Of a stretch of 64,000 nucleotides of DNA, positions 8,291 to 16,524 are shown in pieces (positions within the stretch are counted from its first letter, which is position 1; every line of letters begins with the position of its first letter). The position numbers were made by a program, and so were the translations under genes. Below the pieces are notes generated by a model, which saw nothing but the letters and a program-made list of their open reading frames with translations, did no database searches and was not told the DNA's origin. The stretch is from the NCBI GenBank assembly GCA_025055255.1, contig JANWYI010000005.1:38469-102468 (forward strand), written 5' to 3'. The DNA is from Anaerolineae bacterium. Its GTDB lineage: Bacteria > Chloroflexota > Anaerolineae > Aggregatilineales > UBA2796.

Positions 8291-9009
8291 ATGCAGCGCC
8301 CAACACGAGTCCTCATCATTGAAGATCAGGTCAAGATAGTCCATTGGCTGAGCGAATTTCTGAAGCAGGCGCACTTTGAGGTGCTGATCGCCTATGACGG
8401 ACGCACAGGCTTGCAGCTTTTTGAGCGCGAAAAGCCAGAGGTCGTCCTGCTTGACCTGATGCTGCCTGACGTAGATGGTCTTGACGTTTGCCGCGCCATT
8501 CGTCAACAGTCGGACGCCTTTATCATCATGATCACGGCGCGCGTGGAAGAGACGGATCGGCTGATCGGCTTAGAAATCGGCGCCGACGACTACGTCACTA
8601 AGCCGTTTAGTCCGCGCGAAGTCGTAGCGCGCATTCGCGCTCTGCTGCGGCGCGCCAGCGGTGCTCTGGTGCAAGGCACTGCCTCAAAAGAGCGTCCGTT
8701 GAGCTGCGGTATGCGTTATACCTCGATCCAAATAAGCGCCTTTGCACACTCAATGGTGAGCCTGTCAATTTGACGCCGACCGAGTTTGACATTCTGCATA
8801 CGCTGATGCTGAATCGTGGCATGCCGTTCACACGCGAGCGCTTGATCAATGAAGCGCTTGGCTATGACTATGTAGGCTATGAGCGGACGATTGATGTCCA
8901 CATTCGCAACTTACGTCGCAAAATTGAGCGCGATCCGCAGAATCCTCAGTACATTCAGACCGTTTTCGGCATTGGCTACCGTTTTACAGAGAGTGCGCCT
9001 GAAGATTGA
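8291..9009 (+). pseudogene. OmpR-family response regulator split by a -1 frameshift near 8710
   Basis: Receiver domain (VLIIED, LLDLMLP, IIMITA, ADDYVTKPF) in the 8291 frame; wHTH (LTPTEF...RTIDVHIRNLRRKIE...IQTVFGIGY) in the 8770 frame; restoring one base at GGT^AT gives G-D-A-L-Y-L-D-P-N-K-R...LTPTEF. Confidence 0.8.
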
Positions 9010-9020
9010 GAAGACACGCC

Positions 9021-10577
9021 ATGCGTCTGTTTCGCCGCCAACTATTGCTCAGCTATTTGCCGTTAGCGCTCCTGCCAGTCCTAGCGATAGGCTTAGTCAC
9101 TCGCGGCGTGGCAGAGGATCGGCTGATGCTCCTGATCTCCGAGGACTCGACGCGTCGCCTGCGCGGACTAGTGCCATGCTTTGAAGCATACTATGCCGCG
9201 CATGGCTCATTCGAGCCGCTGATCGCCGCTGTGAAGAACGAGCAGCCATTTATCCACTCTGAAGTTCGCCCAGAGACAAGACGTCCTGTACCGCAGCGCG
9301 GCCATATTCTCATCTTTAACGAGAACGGGTTATTAACCTGCTTGCCTTTCAACTTCAGGCAGAATCGCTTGCGCACACCACCGATTGGACAGCCGTCTGA
9401 TCTTGAAGGAATGAACATAGGCGCTCTAGCTGGCATTTTGCCTGCTGCAGCACGCCGCGACGAGCTGATCCTAACTGATCCGAATGGTATCGTGCTGCTC
9501 AGTGCCGAATCGAGCCTGATCGGACAGACCTTAACAGCTGAGGTGCTGCGGCGCAGCGCGCCTATCGTCCTTAACAAGCAAGTGGTGGCACGTCTTGCGC
9601 TTGCTATCGGCATTTTTGATGAAGGACAACGTCAATTGCTCAGTGCGTTGAACGGAGCGCTGGTGCTTTCAGGCGGTTTTTCGCTCTTAGCAGCGTTTGG
9701 ATTGGGCTGGTGGATGTCATCGCGGCTCTCACAGCCGATTCGGGCTTTGAACGAAGGGGTACGTCGCCTTGCGCGCGGCGAATGGTACGCACCACTGCCT
9801 GTGACTTCCAAAAACGAACTTGGCGAGCTGACTCAAGCCTTTAACCGCATGGCAGCTGAGCTAATCCGCCAACAGACCATGATGCGCCAAATGGTTGCCG
9901 ATATCGCTCACGACCTGCGCACGCCACTTAGCACAATGGCGCTAGAGGTCGAGGCGATTGAGGCAGGTTTTCAATCGCCTGAGCAGGCTACACAGAGCCT
10001 GCGTGAGGAAATTGCGTGGCTACAGCGCATGGTGGACGATTTGCGCTTGCTCTCGCTCATGGACGCTGATCAAATTCGCCTACAGCTCGAGCCTGTGCCG
10101 CTTGGCACTTTTCTGAGTCGTCTGCACGATTTTTGGCGCACCAGCGCTGAGGAGAGCGGACGTATCCTGACGCTGGAAGTTGCTGACAATCTGCCTACCA
10201 TTCAAGCAGACGCCATGCGCTTGCGCCAAGTCTTGGGCAACTTGATTGACAACGCGCTGCGCCATACTAAGACAGGCGATCACGTGCGGCTGCAAGCACA
10301 GCCTGCACAAGACGGCGGCGTCCTACTGCGCGTAGTGGATAGCGGCGAAGGTATTCCGCCTGAGGCGTTGCCGCGCATTTTTGACCGCTTTTACCGCGTA
10401 GATCGCGCGCGCAAGCATGGCGAGAGCGGCAGCGGCCTGGGTTTGAGCATTGCCAAGCGCCTCGTCGAGATGCATGGCGGCACAATCACGGTCAGCAGCC
10501 AGCTGGGACGCGGCACTGCCTTTAGCATTTATTTGCCGCCACAACCAAAGCTCTCTCTGGCGACGCGCGCTTTGTAA
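9021..10577 (+). CDS. Membrane sensor histidine kinase (HAMP-HisKA-HATPase; BaeS/CpxA-like)
   Basis: Two TMs, HAMP ([16 protein letters not shown]), [10 protein letters not shown]-box, [28 protein letters not shown] track starts at 9006; ATG 9021 preferred. Confidence 0.92.
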   Translation: MRLFRRQLLLSYLPLALLPVLAIGLVTRGVAEDRLMLLISEDSTRRLRGLVPCFEAYYAAHGSFEPLIAAVKNEQPFIHSEVRPETRRPVPQRGHILIFNENGLLTCLPFNFRQNRLRTPPIGQPSDLEGMNIGALAGILPAAARRDELILTDPNGIVLLSAESSLIGQTLTAEVLRRSAPIVLNKQVVARLALAIGIFDEGQRQLLSALNGALVLSGGFSLLAAFGLGWWMSSRLSQPIRALNEGVRRLARGEWYAPLPVTSKNELGELTQAFNRMAAELIRQQTMMRQMVADIAHDLRTPLSTMALEVEAIEAGFQSPEQATQSLREEIAWLQRMVDDLRLLSLMDADQIRLQLEPVPLGTFLSRLHDFWRTSAEESGRILTLEVADNLPTIQADAMRLRQVLGNLIDNALRHTKTGDHVRLQAQPAQDGGVLLRVVDSGEGIPPEALPRIFDRFYRVDRARKHGESGSGLGLSIAKRLVEMHGGTITVSSQLGRGTAFSIYLPPQPKLSLATRAL

Positions 10578-10649
10578 CACTCGCTGTAACGTCAAAAGCG
10601 CGCTATGCTTGACGAGCGAAACGATTTGTTTACCGAACAGTGCGCAATC

Positions 10650-13007
10650 ATGCTTGGTCTTTTTGGCAAACGTAACAGGCTGCACAAAGCGCATGGCAAG
10701 TTTCAGAGCGTCGGCGCAGTGCGCAGCGCTGAGCTGGACTGGCAAGGTGTACTGATCAGAGCTACGAATGGCAGTCTGCGTGTAGATATCCTCGCGCCTG
10801 ATTGCTTGTGCGTGCGCTTCTCACCTGATGGCACTTTTCCACTGCCACGCTCGTACACAGTCTGTAAGACTGATTGGCAGACGCCTGAGTTTGAGCTGGA
10901 TGAGTCGTCCGAGACGCTGATAATCAAGGTTGTCAGCGGAATCATCTGCCTAATCAATCGTAGCGACGGTCGCTTCACATTTTTGAGTCCGCATGGCACG
11001 CTCATCGGTCAGGAAACCGAGCCGATCATCTTTCGGCAGGGCGAGTTCAGATTACAGCGTGCGCTTAGCGCCGATGCACACTGTTACGGACTCGGCGCAC
11101 AAGTGCCGCAGTTCAACCTGCGCGGCAAGCGCTACAGACTTTGGCAAAGCGCGCCAGAAAAAGACTTGCCTGCCTTCTTGCCTTTCTTGCTCACAATCAG
11201 CGAACGAGCAGTAGACGCGCTCCTCTGGGACAATTCGTCGCGCGGTTATGTTGACGTCGGTGCTGAAGATACACAGCGCGTCATCTTCTGCGGCACCGAG
11301 GGCGAGCTGCGCTACTACCAGTTCTACGGCACGCCACTGAGCATCCTGCAGCGCTACACTGAGCTAGTTGGCAGACCGTCTCTGCCGCCGCTCTGGGCGT
11401 TTGGCGCGCATATTCTAGCACCATGTCCAACTTCAGCTGACTCGCTGCGCGCCTTCGCCACTGATTGGCGCGCTCAGCAAATTCCGTGTGACGGACTAGC
11501 GCTCAGCTCTGACTACATGGAAGTGGGACGACCTTTCACATGGGATAATAGTCGCTTTCCTAAGCCGAGCGCCTTGATCGGCGATCTAGAGCGGCGCGGC
11601 TTCAGATGTCTATTGCCTGTGACCACCACTTTCAGAGATATTGACGCTGATCTCGCTCTAAGGCACTCCAATGGCAACCCTGTGCGTCTGCGAACGGCGC
11701 AAGGTGAGCAGTGCGCAATTGACCTGACCGATGCACGCGGACGTGACTGGTGGTCAGCGCGCTACGCTGAGCTGCTGAGGGCGAACATCAGCGGTTTGTG
11801 GCAACCTGAACAGCTGCCAAATCTGACTGACTCTGCCCAGTACGCCTGTGACGGCGCGCCAACGAGTCACGCCGCAGCGTGCAACATCTATACAGCGCAT
11901 GTGGCGGCTGCAGCTGAGTCGGCTTTGCTCAGCGTTCAGCCTGCTAAGCGACCTTATGTGCTCGTGCGGGCGAGTCAAGGCGGCACTCAGCGTCATGCTT
12001 GGACAGGTGTAGCGTTAGGCGAGCGCGCTGATTGGCGCGCTTTGCATCGCCTACTGAGCGCCGTCTTGAATAGCAGTCTGAGTGGCATGCCGTTCGGCGG
12101 CGCCTTGCCAAACTATGCGCTCAAAGGCGCCGACCCTGAGCTGTTTGTTCGCTGGATACAGCTGTGCGCTTTTCTGCCTTTGTGCAGCCTACCCAAGCCT
12201 GCTCAAGCAGCGCCGTTGTGGCAAGTGGAGCAAAAATATGTGGCTCTCGCGCGTCGCTACTTGACGTTGCGCTATCAATTGCTGCCATATCTGTACTCTG
12301 TGGCTTCAGAAGCTGTCCAGCGCGGCACGCCAATGGTACGTCCGCTCTGGCTTAGCGCGCCGAAAGAACTAGCGCTCCGATCAGTTGAAGATGCTTTCAT
12401 GCTGGGCGACTCGCTTCTCGTTGCGCCTGTGCTTGAGAAAGGTGTCTTTGAGCGCACAGTGCCGCTGCCTGCAGGCAAGTGGTATGACTTTTTCACAGCG
12501 CAGCTTTATGAAGGCGGTCAAGAGGTACGCCTTGCCGCGCCGCTAGAGCGAACTCCGATCCTAGTGCGCGCAGGGCATGTGTTGCCATTGTGGGAAGCAC
12601 AGCAATACGTTAAACAAAAGCAGCCTGAGGAACTTTTGCTGCGCGTCTACGCAGGCGAGGCAGAGACAACTTTCTACGAAGATGACGGCGAGGGTTTTGC
12701 CTACCAACAAGGCAGCTATCGCTGGCTTTCGTTCACTTGCCGCACTGCATCAAACGGTAATCTATCGCTCAGCTGGCGCCGTGTTGGCAACTATGTGCCA
12801 CCTTACCTACGCTATCGCTTCGAGGTCTATGGCGTTTTTGACGAGCCAGAAAGCATTTACTTGGATGACTCGGCTGCGCCTTTGTGGTACTACGAGAAAG
12901 GCGTGATCGAGTTTACTGCCACGCAGCCTTTCGAGCGCGCACGAATCGAGGTACGTCAACGTCCTGATCAGGAGGCAACACTGTTACGGTCGTCGCTGCG
13001 CAGCTAA
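10650..13007 (+). CDS. GH31 alpha-glucosidase-like protein lacking both catalytic aspartates
   Basis: GH31 architecture (LVGRPSLPPLWAFG, FTWDNSRFP, RYQLLPYLYS, PMVRPLW, FMLGDSLLVAPV, FYEDDGE); GLWQPEQLP where WxDMNEP is expected and WTGVA where WTGDN is expected. ORF track start 10605; ATG 10650 preferred. Confidence 0.85.
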   Translation: MLGLFGKRNRLHKAHGKFQSVGAVRSAELDWQGVLIRATNGSLRVDILAPDCLCVRFSPDGTFPLPRSYTVCKTDWQTPEFELDESSETLIIKVVSGIICLINRSDGRFTFLSPHGTLIGQETEPIIFRQGEFRLQRALSADAHCYGLGAQVPQFNLRGKRYRLWQSAPEKDLPAFLPFLLTISERAVDALLWDNSSRGYVDVGAEDTQRVIFCGTEGELRYYQFYGTPLSILQRYTELVGRPSLPPLWAFGAHILAPCPTSADSLRAFATDWRAQQIPCDGLALSSDYMEVGRPFTWDNSRFPKPSALIGDLERRGFRCLLPVTTTFRDIDADLALRHSNGNPVRLRTAQGEQCAIDLTDARGRDWWSARYAELLRANISGLWQPEQLPNLTDSAQYACDGAPTSHAAACNIYTAHVAAAAESALLSVQPAKRPYVLVRASQGGTQRHAWTGVALGERADWRALHRLLSAVLNSSLSGMPFGGALPNYALKGADPELFVRWIQLCAFLPLCSLPKPAQAAPLWQVEQKYVALARRYLTLRYQLLPYLYSVASEAVQRGTPMVRPLWLSAPKELALRSVEDAFMLGDSLLVAPVLEKGVFERTVPLPAGKWYDFFTAQLYEGGQEVRLAAPLERTPILVRAGHVLPLWEAQQYVKQKQPEELLLRVYAGEAETTFYEDDGEGFAYQQGSYRWLSFTCRTASNGNLSLSWRRVGNYVPPYLRYRFEVYGVFDEPESIYLDDSAAPLWYYEKGVIEFTATQPFERARIEVRQRPDQEATLLRSSLRS

Positions 13008-13067
13008 AAATCCAGAGTATTCTCCGCAGGAAAGGCGCGCGAGTTTAATTAATATATCACTAACACA

Positions 13068-13097
13068 TTGACATAAACCTTGGATAGTCTCTATAAT
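13068..13097 (+). promoter_or_regulatory. Consensus sigma70 promoter for the yceD-sigma-macro genes
   Basis: TTGACA(13068-13073)-N18-TATAAT(13092-13097), with an AT-rich UP-like region upstream. Confidence 0.8.
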
Positions 13098-13099
13098 GG

Positions 13100-13159
13100 G
13101 AACAATCGTAATATTTCAATTGTTCAGCCGCTGCACCTTCGCAGTGGTGGTTATTTTTT
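13100..13159 (+). promoter_or_regulatory. Leader with an inverted repeat and a terminator-like hairpin
   Basis: GAACAAT-N12-ATTGTTC (13100-13125); GCCGCTGC-ACCTTC-GCAGTGGT (13127-13148) followed by GGTTATTTTT. Confidence 0.4.
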
Positions 13160-13169
13160 AGGTAATCTC

Positions 13170-13712
13170 GTGAACACATCATCAAATGGCTATGTGCCAC
13201 CGCGCGTATTGAAGTTTCAGCTCGGCTTCTTGCTAGAAGGCACGCGTGGGCAGATCAGCGAAACTGAGCTGGACATACCGCGGCTGCGCGTCGCGGAAGA
13301 CGTAACAGTAGATTTTCTGCGTGGTCAGCTGCGCTTCAGCCGCACATCGCGCGGCATTTTGGTGCAAGGCGTATTGCGTACAGCCATTTGTCTAGAATGC
13401 AGCCGCTGCTTGACCGAAACTTCGGTTGCCCTAGAGATTCAGCTTGAGGAACTCTATCTCGCTCAGCCTAGTCCGCATGCTGAGTTCACCATTGGTGAAG
13501 ACGGCATCCTTGACCTATCTCCCTTGCTGCGCCAAGAAATTATCCTAGAGACGCCTATCGTTGCCTTGTGCAAGCCTGATTGCCTTGGACTTTGCTCGGA
13601 GTGTGGGCAAAACTTGAACGAAGGCACGTGCAGTTGCCGAGCAGAAGCTATTGATCCGCGTCTCGCGGCTCTGAAAGCGCTGCGTGATAAGCTCTCAAAA
13701 CCGAATCAGTAG
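13170..13712 (+). CDS. yceD: YceD/DUF177 family Zn-binding protein
   Basis: CSRCL and CKPDCLGLCSECG.NLN...C motifs with an IDPRLAALKAL tail; GTG 13170 preferred because the longer ORF start lies upstream of the -10. Confidence 0.9.
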   Translation: MNTSSNGYVPPRVLKFQLGFLLEGTRGQISETELDIPRLRVAEDVTVDFLRGQLRFSRTSRGILVQGVLRTAICLECSRCLTETSVALEIQLEELYLAQPSPHAEFTIGEDGILDLSPLLRQEIILETPIVALCKPDCLGLCSECGQNLNEGTCSCRAEAIDPRLAALKALRDKLSKPNQ

Positions 13713-13752
13713 GCGTCAGTGGTGTGTGATATAGCGAAGGGGAATTTATGCC

Positions 13753-14904
13753 ATGCAGGACTTATCGAGCCGTCATTCTTGTCATGCTGATCTGAAAGAA
13801 CTTTTTGAGAAAGCTGAGCTACAAGGTTTTCTGACGCTTGAAGAGATTTATGAGTTTGCCAGTGAAAGCGATGACAGCCCTAGCGAGCTGATCTCGCTCC
13901 TCCAAGCTGCCGGCATAGAAGTTTATGGTGAAGCCGCCTTTGGTGAAGAAAGTTCCCTCGATTTTTCTGAAGAGGATGAGTGGCAGCCTGACCTGAGCAA
14001 TGTGTCGAGCGATGATAGCGTCGGGCTGTACTTGAAAGAGATGGCGTGCGTGCCTTTGCTCAGCCTTGAAGAGGAAATAGCGCTTGCTGAGCGCATCCGA
14101 GCGGGCATGGCTGCGAGCGAGGCACTACAGCACGCCGAAGGTGCTGAGCGTGAGCGTCTCGCTGCTATTGTCGAAGACGGTCGCCTTGCCCGCGATCATA
14201 TCATCCGCGCCAACACACGCCTAGTTGTCAGCATCGCCAAGCGCTACATGGGACGCGGCGTGCCATTTCTAGACTTGATCCAAGAGGGCAATCTTGGGCT
14301 GATCAAGGCAGTCGAAAAGTTCGATCACAGACGCGGCTATCGCTTCAGCACGTATGCTACGTGGTGGATTCGACAAACCATCATCCGCGCTGTTGCCGAT
14401 CAAGGGCGCACTATTCGCGTGCCTGTCCATATGTCTGACCGAATCCGTAATATTTACCGCGTTGTGCACCAGCTGGAGCAAGAACTTGGGCGCAAGCCGA
14501 CGACTGAAGAAATTGCACTGCATTTGAACTTGAGTCCGCGCAAAGTAGAGTGGTTGCTCAAAGTCAGCTGGCGACCGCTCAGCCTAGAGCGTCCAGTTGG
14601 TGAAGAGGAAGAGAGCGAGCTGGGCAGTTTTCTTGAGGATGAGAGCGTTCCCACGCCGATGCAGAGTGCCTATCAGAGCCTGTTGCGCGAAAAGCTGGAA
14701 GAGGTGCTCAGCACGCTCACGCCGCGCGAGGCACGCATTCTGTGCTTGCGCTTTGGCTTGCAAAACGGCGAGCAGTACACGCTTGAAGAGGTTGGGCAGA
14801 AGTTTGGCTTGACGCGCGAGCGAATCCGCCAGATTGAAGGCAAAGCGCTGCGCCGCTTGCGCCATCCACGTCGCTCGCGCCACCTGCGCGACTTTCTGCA
14901 GTGA
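13753..14904 (+). CDS. RpoD/SigA-family sigma70 factor (primary or group-2 paralog)
   Basis: Regions 1.1, 1.2 ([11 protein letters not shown]), 2 ([28 protein letters not shown]), 3 and 4 ([20 protein letters not shown]). Confidence 0.93.
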   Translation: MQDLSSRHSCHADLKELFEKAELQGFLTLEEIYEFASESDDSPSELISLLQAAGIEVYGEAAFGEESSLDFSEEDEWQPDLSNVSSDDSVGLYLKEMACVPLLSLEEEIALAERIRAGMAASEALQHAEGAERERLAAIVEDGRLARDHIIRANTRLVVSIAKRYMGRGVPFLDLIQEGNLGLIKAVEKFDHRRGYRFSTYATWWIRQTIIRAVADQGRTIRVPVHMSDRIRNIYRVVHQLEQELGRKPTTEEIALHLNLSPRKVEWLLKVSWRPLSLERPVGEEEESELGSFLEDESVPTPMQSAYQSLLREKLEEVLSTLTPREARILCLRFGLQNGEQYTLEEVGQKFGLTRERIRQIEGKALRRLRHPRRSRHLRDFLQ

Positions 14905-15437
14905 TGGGAACTTGGGCGATGTACGATCCGCGGATTGAGATTGTAGAAGGCGACATTACGAAGTTGGCAGTGGATGCTATTGTCAACGCTGCTAATGCCA
15001 GCTTGCTCGGCGGCGGCGGTGTAGATGGAGCTATTCATCGCGCTGCAGGTCCAGAGCTGCTAGAAGAATGCCGCAAGTTAGGCGGTTGTCCTGTAGGTGA
15101 AGCGCGCCTGACTAAAGGCTATCGGCTACCTGCACGCTATGTCATTCATGCGGTCGGACCGATTTGGCAAGGTGGCAATAACAATGAGGATGCGCTTTTA
15201 GCAAGCGCCTATCGCTCCAGCTTGGAGTTGGCTGTACAACACGGCGTGCGCAGTATCGCTTTTCCAGCTATCAGTACAGGCGCCTATGGCTTTCCAATGG
15301 AGCGCGCTATTCCAATCGCGCTTGACACTGTCCAGACTTTTTTGGAGCGCGATCAGACGCTTCAGCGTGTGATCATGGTCTGCTTTGGACGCGCAGCCTA
15401 CGAGTTATACCTGCACTTTTACAATCAACGTACCTGA
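14901..15437 (+). CDS. Macrodomain O-acetyl-ADP-ribose deacetylase / ADP-ribose hydrolase (YmdB-like)
   Basis: [48 protein letters not shown]; GTGA overlap with the sigma stop (alternative ATG at 14919). Confidence 0.93.
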   Translation: MMGTWAMYDPRIEIVEGDITKLAVDAIVNAANASLLGGGGVDGAIHRAAGPELLEECRKLGGCPVGEARLTKGYRLPARYVIHAVGPIWQGGNNNEDALLASAYRSSLELAVQHGVRSIAFPAISTGAYGFPMERAIPIALDTVQTFLERDQTLQRVIMVCFGRAAYELYLHFYNQRT

Positions 15438-15460
15438 CTGCGGCTCACAACATACCTCTG

Positions 15461-15490
15461 GCTAGGCTGAGCAGCTCAGCCTAGCTTTTT
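15461..15490 (+). terminator. Rho-independent terminator
   Basis: GCTAGGCTGAGC-A-GCTCAGCCTAGC followed by TTTTT. Confidence 0.8.
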
Positions 15491-15524
15491 CACACCTACC
15501 TGACTATCCCGGAGCGTCTAGCCG

Positions 15525-15553
15525 TGCTATACTCCTCATGAGAAGCGCTTCTC
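15525..15553 (+). promoter_or_regulatory. Extended -10 promoter of argF with a 14-bp palindrome
   Basis: TGcTATACT (15525-15533) followed by GAGAAGCGCTTCTC (15540-15553). Confidence 0.45.
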
Positions 15554-15574
15554 TCATCACAGATAGGTTCACCA

Positions 15575-16483
15575 ATGAGACACTTCCTTAATATCTCAGA
15601 CTGGTCAGCGCTTGAGATGGAAGCATTGCTCAATCAGGCAGTTTACCTGAAGCTGGAGTGGCAAAATGGCGGTAATCGTCCTGTGCTAGGCGGTAAAATC
15701 CTAGCGATGATCTTCCAGAAGCCGTCGCTGCGCACGCGAGTCAGCTTTCAGGTAGCAATGAAACATCTTGGCGGCGATGCAATCTACCTCGGTCCTGATG
15801 AGATTGGCTTGGGCAAGCGCGAGAGTATCCCAGACGTAGCGCGCGTGCTGAGTGGCTATGTGCAGGGCATTATGGCGCGCGTCTTCGCTCAAGATCACTT
15901 GATGCAACTGGCACAATGGGCAAGCGTGCCTGTCATCAACGGACTGAGCGATGACAGTCATCCTTGCCAAGCCTTCGCTGATATGTTGACGCTTTATGAG
16001 CATTTCGGCGCGCTGCGCGGCTTAAAAATGGCTTATGTGGGCGACTCTAACAACGTCACTTTCTCACTAGGCGAGGCAGCAGCACGCTACGGCGTTGAGC
16101 TGCGTATAGCCAGTCCGCAGGGCTACCAGCTGAGCGCAGAGCAAGTGGCACATCTGCGCAACATGGGTTTAGCGCTCACCTTGACCGAGGATCCGCGCGC
16201 TGCTGTGGAAGGTGTTGACTGCATCTACACAGATACATGGACAAGCATGGGGCAAGAGGCTGAGGCTGAGGTGAGACGGCAAATTTTCCCGCCATATCAA
16301 GTCAATGCTGATCTGGTGCGCCTTGCGGCTAAACATGTGGTCGTGATGCACTGCTTGCCTGCACATCGTGGCGAAGAAATCACTGATGACGTGGCAGATG
16401 GCGCACATTCGTTGATCTTCCAGCAAGCCGCTAATCGGCTGCACGCACAGAAAGCGATTCTGGTGCGCTTACTGAGTCATTGA
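15575..16483 (+). CDS. argF: Ornithine carbamoyltransferase
   Basis: [47 protein letters not shown]. Confidence 0.95.
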   Translation: MRHFLNISDWSALEMEALLNQAVYLKLEWQNGGNRPVLGGKILAMIFQKPSLRTRVSFQVAMKHLGGDAIYLGPDEIGLGKRESIPDVARVLSGYVQGIMARVFAQDHLMQLAQWASVPVINGLSDDSHPCQAFADMLTLYEHFGALRGLKMAYVGDSNNVTFSLGEAAARYGVELRIASPQGYQLSAEQVAHLRNMGLALTLTEDPRAAVEGVDCIYTDTWTSMGQEAEAEVRRQIFPPYQVNADLVRLAAKHVVVMHCLPAHRGEEITDDVADGAHSLIFQQAANRLHAQKAILVRLLSH

Positions 16484-16524
16484 TATCGAGAGCAGCTTTT
16501 GGGCGAGATTGGATGGGCAGAGCG

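Noticed and set aside
8690-8720. Programmed ribosomal frameshift in the response regulator
   Set aside because: No X XXY YYZ slippery site or stimulatory structure at the junction; mutation or assembly error is more likely.
13100-13125. GAAC...GTTC as a LexA box
   Set aside because: Gram-positive-type LexA boxes are GAAC-N4-GTTC; here 18 nt separate the half-sites.
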